A DNA stretch of 32,000 bases from Nitrosomonas europaea (GTDB taxonomy: Bacteria; Pseudomonadota; Gammaproteobacteria; Burkholderiales; Nitrosomonadaceae). Both the position numbers and the translations under genes were made by a program. Positions 17,906 to 27,298 of this stretch are shown piece after piece. The notes under the pieces were generated by a model. That model was not told the DNA's origin, did not search any database, and saw only the letters and a program-made list of their open reading frames with translations. How positions within the stretch are numbered: the stretch's first letter is position 1; every line of letters starts with the position of its first letter. The stretch spans positions 1 to 32,000 of the forward strand of contig NZ_FUWK01000017.1 in NCBI RefSeq assembly GCF_900167395.1. The letters are read 5' to 3'.

Positions 17906-19249
17906 ATGAAATACAACAGTATCGAGGAATTCAAGAATTATGTTTCCGAAAGGAATCCAGGGCAACCCGAATTCCTGCAGGCCGTTTCAGAAGTCATTGA
18001 AAGCTTGTGGCCTTTTATCGTCGATCATTCTCGTTACGCTGAGCAGGGGTTGCTGGATCGGCTGATCGAGCCGGAGCGCATGATCATATTCCGGGTGGCG
18101 TGGGTGGATGATCGGGGTGAAGTCAAGGTCAATCGGGGGTACCGCATTCAATATAATTCGGCGATCGGCCCATACAAGGGGGGTACGCGCTTCCATCCGT
18201 CAGTCAACCTTTCCATTCTCAAATTCCTTGCATTTGAGCAGACTTTCAAGAATGCACTGACAACATTGCCGATGGGAGGAGGCAAGGGTGGATCGGATTT
18301 TGATCCCAAGGGTAAAAGTCCCGGTGAAATCATGCGCTTCTGCCAAGCGTATGCGGCCGAACTGTTCCGGCATGTCGGTGCGGATACGGATGTACCTGCC
18401 GGAGACATCGGTGTGGGCGGACGGGAAGTCGGCTACATGGCTGGTATGGTCAAGAAGCTGACCAACCGTTCGGACTGTGTATTTACCGGCAAAGGATTGA
18501 CCTTCGGGGGATCGCTGCTGCGGCCGGAAGCTACCGGGTACGGTCTGGTCTATTTTGCCGAAGAGATGCTGAATCACTCCGGTTGTTCATTGAAAGGCAT
18601 GCGGGTATCCGTATCCGGTTCCGGGAACGTGGCACAGTTTGCCATTGACAAGGCCATGTCGCTGGGTGCCAAAGTAGTCACGGTTTCAGATTCGAGTGGT
18701 ACGGTGGTGGATGAAGCCGGTTTTACACCAGAAAAACTGGCAATTCTGGCCGAAGTCAAGAATCGTCTCTACGGGCGTGTCAATGAATTTGCTGAACGGG
18801 TGGAAGCACAGTTCCTTCCGGGTGAAAAACCGTGGCATGTGCCGGTGGATGTCGCTTTGCCCTGTGCGACCCAGAATGAACTGAACGAAAACGACGCCGC
18901 AATACTGATCAGGAATGGTGCGAATTGTGTGGCCGAGGGTGCCAATATGCCATGCACTGCAGGTGCCGTGGAACGATTCCATCATGCGAAAGTACTGTTT
19001 GCACCTGGCAAGGCGAGCAACGCAGGCGGAGTGGCTACCTCGGGTCTGGAAATGAGCCAGCAGGCCATGCGACTTTCCTGGACGAGCGGAGAAGTCGATA
19101 TGCGGTTACAGGAAATCATGCGTGCCATTCATCATTCCTGCACCGAATACGGCAAGAAGCCTGACGGTACGGTCAACTATGTGGATGGTGCCAATGTTGC
19201 CGGATTTGTGAAAGTGGCCGAGGCAATGCTGGCGCAAGGGGTGATCTGA
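17906..19249 (+). CDS. gdhA: NADP-specific glutamate dehydrogenase
   Basis: 447 aa. GDH signature LPMGGGKGGSDFDPKGKS and Rossmann motif VSGSGNVAQFA. Confidence 0.95.
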   Translation: MKYNSIEEFKNYVSERNPGQPEFLQAVSEVIESLWPFIVDHSRYAEQGLLDRLIEPERMIIFRVAWVDDRGEVKVNRGYRIQYNSAIGPYKGGTRFHPSVNLSILKFLAFEQTFKNALTTLPMGGGKGGSDFDPKGKSPGEIMRFCQAYAAELFRHVGADTDVPAGDIGVGGREVGYMAGMVKKLTNRSDCVFTGKGLTFGGSLLRPEATGYGLVYFAEEMLNHSGCSLKGMRVSVSGSGNVAQFAIDKAMSLGAKVVTVSDSSGTVVDEAGFTPEKLAILAEVKNRLYGRVNEFAERVEAQFLPGEKPWHVPVDVALPCATQNELNENDAAILIRNGANCVAEGANMPCTAGAVERFHHAKVLFAPGKASNAGGVATSGLEMSQQAMRLSWTSGEVDMRLQEIMRAIHHSCTEYGKKPDGTVNYVDGANVAGFVKVAEAMLAQGVI

Positions 19250-19258
19250 TAAGAGTTT

Positions 19259-19294
19259 GTAGTTTCTTGCAGCATTTCTCAGAAGATCCATAAC
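19259..19294. repeat. Possible degenerate solo end of a subfamily-1 MITE
   Basis: GTAGTTTCT...CTCAGAAGATCCATAAC resembles the right end of copy A, GTAGTTTCTCAGAGGTTCCTTAAC. The first 9 nt are identical, about 10 nt are then inserted, and 14 of the next 17 nt match. It lies directly after the gdhA stop. Confidence 0.3.
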
Positions 19295-19446
19295 AAAAAA
19301 CGATTGGCTCTGACGGTAATAGATGAACGATATGCCCTCTTATTATGACATGAGTATGTTGTTTCCCCTGTAGGCTGGGTTGGTTGCAACCGGTCAGCCG
19401 CACGGCCGGATTTGATTTTGATCATGGTATGAATAGACGGGTAGTC

Positions 19447-21354
19447 ATGAGTAAGATATTTATCGGGGTGTTACTGGCGTTCTGGTCACAGCTGCTCGTT
19501 GCCGGGGGGGATGAAGATTACCTGGAAATACGGGAAGCATTCCGGGCGGGTAATGCAGCACGTGTTGCCGAATACGCCGAACGTATGAAGTACCATGTGC
19601 TGTCGCCTTATGCCGAATACTTTCGGTTGCGCCTGTCGCTGGTAACCGCAGAGACCGGGGCAGTCAGGGCATTTCTGGCACGTCACGACGGCAGTTTCGT
19701 AGCAGACAGACTGCGGGCGGACTGGTTGCAGATTCTCGGCAAACGCCAGCAGTGGGCGACGTTTGCCGAGGAATATCCGAAGCTGGTCAATCGGGAAGAG
19801 AGCCTGCAGTGTTATGCATTGCAACACCGGCTGGCCACGGGAGATAAAACTGCAAACGGGGAGGTTCGTTCACTCTGGTTCACCGGGCGTGATATGCCGG
19901 CCAGTTGTGTGACCGTATTCGATTCACTGGTCAGGATCGGTGCCATCTCGGTAGAGGATGTCTGGACCCGAATCAGGCTGGCCTTCGAAGCCGGCAATAC
20001 AGGTGTGGCCAGAAACATAAACAAATATCTCCCGCGCCATCAGGCTCTCGATTTACAAAAACTGAATGCCGTGATCAAAGATGCCCGGCGTTTCCTCGAT
20101 CGTCCGGTATCCGTCCAGTCGCGTGCCGATCGTGAAATCGTATTGTTTGCGCTGTTGCGCCTGTTGCGCAGTGAAACCAATCAGGCACTGGCCCGCTGGC
20201 ATAAAATCCGCGGGCAATTTCCTGAAGCGGATCGATCTTATTTCGCCGGGAATCTCGCTTACTGGGCGGCGATCAGACAGGATTCGCGCGCCATGAACTG
20301 GTTCATGGATGCCACGACGGGCAGACATGTCTATCCGTTATCTGAAACCAAACAGGCATGGAAAGCACGGATAGCATTGCGTGAAGGCAACTGGAAAATG
20401 TTGCTGGACACGCTTGGCCAGATGCCTGCCGCAATGCAGCAGGAGGATGTCTGGCGTTACTGGCGTGCACGCGCATTGAAAGTCAGCAGAAAGAATTCTG
20501 AAGCCAATACGTTGCTCGTTTCCCTGAGCCGTGAACATAGTTTTTATGGACAGATGGCCCGGGAAGAACTGGGTGAGATGCTCAGTGTTCCGGCTGACGA
20601 GTATCAGGTCAGGCCGGAAGAAATCCGTCTCATGGAACAAAACCCGGGGATTCGCCGGGCGCTGGCGCTGTATCGGCTCGATCAGCGGATAGAGGCAAAT
20701 CGTGAATGGATCTGGACGATACAGCATTTCAGCGATGAACAACTGCTGGCAGCAGCCAGAGTGGCTCAGCGTCATGGCATTTATGACCGGGCGATCAATA
20801 CGGCCATCAAAACCGTTGCGCGTCATGACTTCAGTCTGCGTTATCTGGCGCCTTATCGTGAGCAGGTGCATACAGTCCTGCAGCAGCATCAGCTGGATGA
20901 AGCGTTCGTATACGGACTGATACGGCAGGAAAGCCGCTTTATCTCGGATATCAAGTCCAGTGCCGGAGCAACCGGCCTGATGCAGTTGATGCCGGCGACA
21001 GCCAAGTGGGTTGCCGGCAAACTGGGTTTACAGGATTTTCATACCAGCCTGGTGACCGATATCAATACCAATCTTCAGCTGGGCGCCTACTATCTGAAGC
21101 ATGTATTGGGTCAGTTGGACGATCAGCCATTACTGGCAGCGGCTGCCTATAACGCTGGGCCCGGGCGGGCACGGCAATGGAGAGATATCCGGCCGCTGGA
21201 AGGGGCGATCTATGCCGAGACCATTCCGTTCAACGAAACACGTGACTACGTCAAAGTGGTGCTGAGTAATTCGATGTATTACGCCAATAATTTCGGTCAT
21301 CCAAACAAGCCGACTCTGAAACAGCGGCTCGGGACGGTTGCCCCGAAGCGCTGA
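19447..21354 (+). CDS. slt: Soluble lytic murein transglycosylase
   Basis: Signal peptide MSKIFIGVLLAFWSQLLVAGG, a long superhelical N-terminal region, and the catalytic motif GLIRQESRF...GLMQLMPATA...AYNAGPGR. The track start 19384 and ATG 19429 are alternative starts. Confidence 0.9.
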   Translation: MSKIFIGVLLAFWSQLLVAGGDEDYLEIREAFRAGNAARVAEYAERMKYHVLSPYAEYFRLRLSLVTAETGAVRAFLARHDGSFVADRLRADWLQILGKRQQWATFAEEYPKLVNREESLQCYALQHRLATGDKTANGEVRSLWFTGRDMPASCVTVFDSLVRIGAISVEDVWTRIRLAFEAGNTGVARNINKYLPRHQALDLQKLNAVIKDARRFLDRPVSVQSRADREIVLFALLRLLRSETNQALARWHKIRGQFPEADRSYFAGNLAYWAAIRQDSRAMNWFMDATTGRHVYPLSETKQAWKARIALREGNWKMLLDTLGQMPAAMQQEDVWRYWRARALKVSRKNSEANTLLVSLSREHSFYGQMAREELGEMLSVPADEYQVRPEEIRLMEQNPGIRRALALYRLDQRIEANREWIWTIQHFSDEQLLAAARVAQRHGIYDRAINTAIKTVARHDFSLRYLAPYREQVHTVLQQHQLDEAFVYGLIRQESRFISDIKSSAGATGLMQLMPATAKWVAGKLGLQDFHTSLVTDINTNLQLGAYYLKHVLGQLDDQPLLAAAAYNAGPGRARQWRDIRPLEGAIYAETIPFNETRDYVKVVLSNSMYYANNFGHPNKPTLKQRLGTVAPKR

Positions 21355-21362
21355 TCCTGGAT

Positions 21363-22601
21363 ATGAAAATTTACCGGGTAGGGGGCTCCGTACGTGATGA
21401 ACTGCTGGGGTTGCCCGTCAAGGATCAGGATTACGTCGTGGTGGGAGCCACTCCGGAGGAGATGGTGCGGCTGGGCTACCGCCCGGTGGGCAAGGATTTC
21501 CCGGTATTTCTGCATCCTGAAACACATGAACAGTACGCATTGGCGCGGACCGAGCGGAAAATTGCCAGAGGTTACAAGGGGTTTGAAGTTTATGCGGCTC
21601 CCGGTGTGACTCTGCAGGAGGATCTGGCGCGCCGCGACCTGACGATCAATGCCATGGCCAGAGATGAGGCAGGCGATATCGTCGATCCGTTCGGAGGAAT
21701 TGCGGATCTGCAGGCGGGCATTCTGCGCCATATCGGTCCGGCGTTTGTCGAAGATCCCGTGAGAGTGTTACGGGTTGCACGATTTGCGGCACGCTTCGGT
21801 TTTCAGATTGCACCGGAAACGCTCGAACTGATGAAAGAGATCGTTCATACCGGTGAGACAGAGGCACTGGTGCCGGAGCGGGTCTGGCAGGAAATAGCTC
21901 ACGGGTTGATGGAATCTCATCCTTCACGCATGTTTTACGTTTTGCGGGAGTGTGGTGCGCTTGCCCGCATTCTGCCCGAAGTGGATGCTTTGTTCGGTGT
22001 GCCGCAGCCTGCGCACGCTCACCCCGAAATCGATACCGGTATTCACGTCATGATGGTCATCGACCATGCTGCTTCAAAACAGTATCCCCTCGAAGTGCGT
22101 TTTGCCGGGTTGACTCATGATCTGGGAAAAGGAACGACCTCTCCTGATGAATGGCCACGCCATATTGGCCATGAAGCGCGCAGTGTGGAACTGGTCATGG
22201 GGTTGTGCGAACGTATTCGGGTTCCCGGAGAATCCAGGGATCTGGCGCTGCTGGTAGCGCGTTTTCACGGCGATGTTCACCGGGCGCTGGAATTACGCCC
22301 CGCAACCATTGCCGACATGTTGCAGGCAACGGATGCCTATCGCAAGAAAGCTCGTTTCCAGGCCTTTCTGCAGGCGTGTGCCAGCGATTTTCACGGGCGA
22401 CCGGGTTTCGCAGACAAACCCTATCCCCAGAAGGAACATTTGAGCAGGGCATTACAGGTTGCGGTTGACGTGGATGCAGGTGCCATTGCCATGCAGCTCA
22501 ACCAGTCACACGCCGGTAAAGCCGATCTGCCTATGCGAATCAACCGCCAGGTATATGCTGCACGAGTCGAGCGGATCAGTTCCCTTCTTTCGCACCTGTA
22601 A
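21363..22601 (+). CDS. cca: Multifunctional CCA-adding tRNA nucleotidyltransferase with HD domain
   Basis: 412 aa. Motifs GGSVRDELLG and RRDLTINAMA, and the HD motif THDLGK. Confidence 0.9.
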   Translation: MKIYRVGGSVRDELLGLPVKDQDYVVVGATPEEMVRLGYRPVGKDFPVFLHPETHEQYALARTERKIARGYKGFEVYAAPGVTLQEDLARRDLTINAMARDEAGDIVDPFGGIADLQAGILRHIGPAFVEDPVRVLRVARFAARFGFQIAPETLELMKEIVHTGETEALVPERVWQEIAHGLMESHPSRMFYVLRECGALARILPEVDALFGVPQPAHAHPEIDTGIHVMMVIDHAASKQYPLEVRFAGLTHDLGKGTTSPDEWPRHIGHEARSVELVMGLCERIRVPGESRDLALLVARFHGDVHRALELRPATIADMLQATDAYRKKARFQAFLQACASDFHGRPGFADKPYPQKEHLSRALQVAVDVDAGAIAMQLNQSHAGKADLPMRINRQVYAARVERISSLLSHL

Positions 22602-24306
22602 TATCAGGCAGGTGGGCAGCAGCATCGGACAGTAACTCTGCTTTGCCATTGGAAACGATGAATACCTGGCTTGCCGCGTTGATGACGGCGGGTTGATGGG
22701 AAACGGCGATGATCGTGAATTCCTTTGCCAGATTCTGCAGCGTTGCACAGATGATGCGTTCACTTTCCGGATCCAGCGCACTGGTAGGTTCATCCAGCAG
22801 TAACAGCTTCGGCTGGTGAGCCAATGCCCTGGCAATGGCGATGCGTTGCCGTTGTCCTCCTGAAAGCATGCCGCCCCGCTCGCCAACGACAGTATGGATT
22901 CCGTCGGGGAATGAACTGACAAAATCCCATGCGCCGGCTTGTCTGAGTGCGCGTTCCGCATCTTCGACGCTGATCGCAGGCTCACCCACAAGGATATTGT
23001 TCAGGATGGTATCGTGCAGCAGCACGGTATCCTGAGAAACGTAGCCAATCATGTGCCGCCAGCGGCGCAGATCGATATGATGCAAGGATACCCCGTCGAT
23101 CAGGATTTCACCGGATTTCGGTTCAGCCAGCCCGCAGAGTAAATCGAGCAGTGTACTTTTGCCGGCACCTGAGGAACCAATGAGCGCGGTGAACGAGTGA
23201 ACCGGAATTTCAAGATTCAAATCGCTGAAAATCGTTTTTCGTTCATAACCGAAAACGATGTGGCGCAGGTTCAACCCCTGTTCCAGAGTCGGTACCAGCG
23301 TACCAGTCGATCTTTCTGCCTCCATGCGCGCTTCTTCAGCGGCATTGCGCAAGGCCCAGTAGGCACTTTCCTGGGCCACGAGCTGCTGATAACGGCGCTG
23401 CGTTTTATTCAGCAATCCCAGAATCCGGGTCAGTAGAAAGACCATGACCATGACTTCCGGCAATGACAGTTTCCAGACCACCAGTGCCAGATACAGGCCG
23501 CTTGCTGTCAGGGCTGCCAGGATAGGCTCCTGCAGGGCAAGTAGGGCTGCCCGGTTGGTGACTTCCTTGCGTGTCGCTTTTTCCAGCATCCGGGTCTGTT
23601 CGTGCAGTATGGCATCGGCCACGTTATCGCGTGCCATGGCTTTCAGGGATTTGACCGAGCCGAGTACATCGGACAGGTACGTCAGCAGATGACGCAGTAA
23701 ATGGGTTTGTTTGTTACCGGCGCGTTTGGCTGCTCTGACCAGGCGATTGAGTACCACAAACAGGATAGTGCCGATCAACAGTGACGCCAGCGTGGCTTCC
23801 CACGAAATGAACAGAGCTACGATGCCGTATACCAGTGCTTCGATTGCCAGTGCCAGCACATTGACACTATGTTCAAAACCCATGGCGGCACGATAAGCCT
23901 CGGTGGCGATTGAATTTGCCAGCGCACCGGCAGGCTGGCGCAGATAGTATTGCCACCGGCTGGCAAGCAGCGCCTTGATCAGGTCCAGCCGCAGCGCAGT
24001 GGCGACATGCGCAACCGTATGGCCCACCTGCTGGTTGGTCAGCAATAGAATCGCACCTTTGAGAAACATGCCGCCGACGATGACCAGCAGAATGATTTCC
24101 AGTGTGGGTGACAGCCCGACCTGATGCAGCGTATCGACTACCAGTTTGCCCATGCTGGAATCGATCGATTCACCTACTGCGATGGATAACAGGGGAAGCA
24201 GTGCAGTCAGGCTGAGTGCTTCGGCAATGCCGGCCAGCAGCAGCGCAACCAGTACGAATGCGCTGCGCTTCGGAAAAACCATGATATAGGTGATCAGTGT
24301 GCGCAT
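22576..24306 (-). CDS. ABC exporter, fused permease/ATPase
   Basis: 576 aa. An N-terminal 6-TM-type domain is followed by Walker A GSSGAGKST, the signature LSGGQRQR and Walker B LLLLDEPTSALD. The substrate is not inferable. Confidence 0.85.
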   Translation of the reverse strand: MRTLITYIMVFPKRSAFVLVALLLAGIAEALSLTALLPLLSIAVGESIDSSMGKLVVDTLHQVGLSPTLEIILLVIVGGMFLKGAILLLTNQQVGHTVAHVATALRLDLIKALLASRWQYYLRQPAGALANSIATEAYRAAMGFEHSVNVLALAIEALVYGIVALFISWEATLASLLIGTILFVVLNRLVRAAKRAGNKQTHLLRHLLTYLSDVLGSVKSLKAMARDNVADAILHEQTRMLEKATRKEVTNRAALLALQEPILAALTASGLYLALVVWKLSLPEVMVMVFLLTRILGLLNKTQRRYQQLVAQESAYWALRNAAEEARMEAERSTGTLVPTLEQGLNLRHIVFGYERKTIFSDLNLEIPVHSFTALIGSSGAGKSTLLDLLCGLAEPKSGEILIDGVSLHHIDLRRWRHMIGYVSQDTVLLHDTILNNILVGEPAISVEDAERALRQAGAWDFVSSFPDGIHTVVGERGGMLSGGQRQRIAIARALAHQPKLLLLDEPTSALDPESERIICATLQNLAKEFTIIAVSHQPAVINAASQVFIVSNGKAELLSDAAAHLPDITGAKEGN

Positions 24307-24373
24307 GATGGGGCAGGTGAGTTGATCCGGGCTGGAAAAATGCGGGCGGGTTGGCAGTGACGCAAAATCAATC

Positions 24374-24416
24374 GGACAGGCAGCTTCCGGCCGTGATAAT
24401 CCTCCTGGCTGCCTGT
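24374..24416 (-). terminator. Hairpin downstream of dapF (possible terminator or attenuator before the ABC gene)
   Basis: A perfect 10-bp inverted repeat, GACAGGCAGC ... GCTGCCTGTC, with a 23-nt loop. On the minus strand it is followed by CGATTGATTTTGC. Confidence 0.45.
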
Positions 24417-24432
24417 CATGTTTGTATGGTGT

Positions 24433-25260
24433 TTACAGATCAATCGTACCCTCAAACACCGAAACGGCCGGCCCGGTCATCCAGACCGGCTGATCTTCTC
24501 CCTCCCAGCGGATACGAAGATTGCCGCCACGCATGGTTACCTGTACTTCGGAATCCAGCAGCCCGCGAGAAATACCGCTGACGACCGCGGCGCAGGCGCC
24601 GGTCCCGCAAGCCAGTGTTTCGCCGGTTCCGCGTTCGAAAACACGTAACCGGATATGGGTGCGATCCACGATCTGCATGTAACCGGCATTTACTTTCTCA
24701 GGGAAAAACGGGTGTGATTCGATTGCAGGTCCTTCGCTCGTGACGGGTGCCAGATCGATGTCCGGCACAATTTGTACGGCATGCGGGTTACCCATCGAGA
24801 CGGCAGAAATCTCGATTTCCCGGTCATTGACATTCAGCGGGTAGGTGAGGGCACGTTCCTGCGTGATGAAAGGAATCCGGGCCGGATCGAATCGGGGAAT
24901 GCCCATATCGACCGAGACTTCACCATTCTCCTCTACAGTTGGCATGATGATGCCGCATGCGGTTTCGACGCGGATAGTGTTTTTACGGGTCAGATCGTGG
25001 TCACGTACGAAGCGGGCGAAGCAGCGGGCACCGTTACCGCATTGTTCCACTTCTCCACCATCGGCATTGAAGATGCGATAACGGAAATCCCCACTTTCTC
25101 CGGGTTTTTCCACCACCAGCAATTGATCGAATCCGATACCGAAATGACGATCTGCCCACCGGCGGATCGTGGCAGGATCGAGAGAAACGGACTGATTGAT
25201 CGCATCGATCACGATGAAATCGTTACCCAATCCATGCATTTTCGTAAACTTCAACTTCAT
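24433..25260 (-). CDS. dapF: Diaminopimelate epimerase
   Basis: 275 aa. N-terminus [15 protein letters not shown], with catalytic Cys contexts EQCGNGARC and ACGTGACA. Confidence 0.95.
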   Translation of the reverse strand: MKLKFTKMHGLGNDFIVIDAINQSVSLDPATIRRWADRHFGIGFDQLLVVEKPGESGDFRYRIFNADGGEVEQCGNGARCFARFVRDHDLTRKNTIRVETACGIIMPTVEENGEVSVDMGIPRFDPARIPFITQERALTYPLNVNDREIEISAVSMGNPHAVQIVPDIDLAPVTSEGPAIESHPFFPEKVNAGYMQIVDRTHIRLRVFERGTGETLACGTGACAAVVSGISRGLLDSEVQVTMRGGNLRIRWEGEDQPVWMTGPAVSVFEGTIDL

Positions 25261-25306
25261 CTGCAGAATCTTTGAGGTTGATCAGGATGTGCATACTTGT
25301 TCCAAG

Positions 25307-25651
25307 TTACCGGGCGGTGAACAGGGCTTGATCCCGGAAATAGATGTCATATTTTCCCGCTTGACCGGGATGGAACGCAACTCTACTATACCGGGGTTGA
25401 AATATGTCAAAACTTGGCCGTGGTGGGGAGTAGTTCTCCTTCCATTTCGGGCCACCGATGATATGGGGATGGGAACGAGTTGCAAAGGCAATGTATGATG
25501 CGTATGTCATCGCTCTGTAACAGACGATCTTCTGCCTGCATGTCAACAAACCTGCCGAACTGGCCATATCCCCGGTTTCCAGATCATATTCCTTTTGCTC
25601 ATCTGCACTCTTCCCGGGAGCTTTCCGGAAAAATCTAAATTCAAGGATCAC
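25307..25651 (-). CDS. Hypothetical protein (weak call)
   Basis: 114-aa ORF filling the dapF/gspG divergent intergenic region. I see no recognisable motif or signal peptide, and the start is uncertain (internal Met at MTYASYIAF). It may be spurious. Confidence 0.25.
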   Translation of the reverse strand: MILEFRFFRKAPGKSADEQKEYDLETGDMASSAGLLTCRQKIVCYRAMTYASYIAFATRSHPHIIGGPKWKENYSPPRPSFDIFQPRYSRVAFHPGQAGKYDIYFRDQALFTAR

Positions 25652-25657
25652 CTAAAT

Positions 25658-26095
25658 ATGAAGTATGCGTCAAACATCCGGCCGTGTATGGTTTATGAAC
25701 GCGGGTTCACTTTGCTCGAATTGCTGGTCGTCATGGTCATCATCGGTTTGCTGGCGGCTTATGTCGGGCCCAAGTATTTTTCACAAGTGGGTAAATCCGA
25801 AGTCAAAATGGCGCAGGCTCAGATAGATTCCCTGGAAAAAGCACTGCATCAGTACCGGTTGGATGTTGGAACTTATCCCACGACCGAGCAGGGGCTGAAT
25901 GCATTGCTCACCGCCCCTGCCAATGAGCCGAGATGGCAGGGACCTTATTTGAGCAAGCGTCTGCCGGCCGATCCGTGGGGCAGGCCCTATCAATACAAAT
26001 ATCCGGGTGCGCAGAACGATTTCGATTTGTTCTCATTCGGCAAGGATGGCCAGCCCGGAGGGAGTGGTGAGGATGCGGATATCACCAACTGGTAA
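25658..26095 (+). CDS. gspG: Type II secretion major pseudopilin GspG
   Basis: Prepilin leader ending ERG followed by FTLLELLVVMVIIGLLAA. The C-terminal GspG signature is DPWGRPYQYKYPGAQNDFDLFSFGKDGQPGGSGEDADITNW. AAGGA lies 10 nt upstream of ATG 25658. ATG 25688 would give a shorter, more typical leader. Confidence 0.9.
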   Translation: MKYASNIRPCMVYERGFTLLELLVVMVIIGLLAAYVGPKYFSQVGKSEVKMAQAQIDSLEKALHQYRLDVGTYPTTEQGLNALLTAPANEPRWQGPYLSKRLPADPWGRPYQYKYPGAQNDFDLFSFGKDGQPGGSGEDADITNW

Positions 26096-26113
26096 CCGTA
26101 TTCGATACCGCTG

Positions 26114-27298
26114 ATGCGTTACACGGTAAGAGCCTTGCTGGCCGGAAAAGGCGCTGTGCTGCTCGAACTCGATGCGGCCAGTGAAGCCGAGGTACGCAAC
26201 CGGATCAGTGCTCAAGGGGGGGTGATCCTGAGTATACGGCGGAATTTTTCCGGTTTTCTGCCCAGATCGGGTTCCCGTTTTCCGCTGTCTGATTTTTCCC
26301 AGGAACTGCTTGCCTTGCTGACAGCCGGCTTGAGTCTGGTAGAGGGTATCGAAACACTGGTCGAGAAGGAAGAGGACAGTGTGACACGCGAGTTACTCCA
26401 GCAGATACTGGCGCGCTTGCGTGAAGGAGTAACGTTTTCGCGTGCGCTGGAATTCTATCCGCAGGTATTTCCGTCACTGTATGTCGCTACCATTCGTGCC
26501 AGCGAACAGACGGGGGATCTGGGCGAAGCACTATCACGTTATCTCGTCTATCAGTCGCAAATGGATCTGGTGCGCAAAAAGCTGGTGGGGGCATCCATCT
26601 ATCCGGTTCTGCTGCTGGTGCTGGGAGGCTTGGTAGCCATCTTCCTGCTGGTGTTCGTCGTTCCTAAATTCAGCGCCATTTATGAAGATATGGGTACGGA
26701 TCTGCCCTGGATGTCCATGCTGCTGATCGAGTGGGGGCATCTGGTGCAGAAGAATGGCTGGATGCTGGCAGGAATGGCAGCGCTCTTTCTGACAGCAGCG
26801 TTTTATACCTTTTCCCGGCCGCAGATCCGGGCTCATCTGTTGCGCGCGGTATGGCGCATTCCAACAATCGGCGAGAGGATGCGGGTCTATCAGCTTGCCC
26901 GTTTCTACAAAACGCTGGGGATGCTGCTGCGCGGCGGGATTCCCGTGACCCAGGCGCTGGAAATGGTCAGCGACCTGTTGCAGCCGCACTTTCGTCCACG
27001 GGTGAAAACAGCTGCTGCACTCATCCGTGAAGGCAAGGCTATTTCCAGTGCAATGCAGAGCGCAGAGCTGACCACTGCAGTGGGAAGCCGTATGCTGCGT
27101 GTGGGGGAGCGCACCGGGATGATGGGTGACATGATGGAACGCATCGGTAATTTTCACGATGAGGAAATCGGACGCTGGGTCGAATGGATGACCAAGCTGA
27201 TCGAGCCATTGTTGATGGCAGTGATCGGAACCGTCATCGGCGGCATCATCATTCTCATGTACCTGCCGATTTTCGAACTGGCGGGGAGTATCAACTGA
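26114..27298 (+). CDS. gspF: Type II secretion / type IV pilus platform protein GspF/PilC family
   Basis: 394 aa with two GspF-type repeats and three TM segments. The typical C-terminus is MAVIGTVIGGIIILMYLPIFELAGSI. Confidence 0.9.
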   Translation: MRYTVRALLAGKGAVLLELDAASEAEVRNRISAQGGVILSIRRNFSGFLPRSGSRFPLSDFSQELLALLTAGLSLVEGIETLVEKEEDSVTRELLQQILARLREGVTFSRALEFYPQVFPSLYVATIRASEQTGDLGEALSRYLVYQSQMDLVRKKLVGASIYPVLLLVLGGLVAIFLLVFVVPKFSAIYEDMGTDLPWMSMLLIEWGHLVQKNGWMLAGMAALFLTAAFYTFSRPQIRAHLLRAVWRIPTIGERMRVYQLARFYKTLGMLLRGGIPVTQALEMVSDLLQPHFRPRVKTAAALIREGKAISSAMQSAELTTAVGSRMLRVGERTGMMGDMMERIGNFHDEEIGRWVEWMTKLIEPLLMAVIGTVIGGIIILMYLPIFELAGSIN

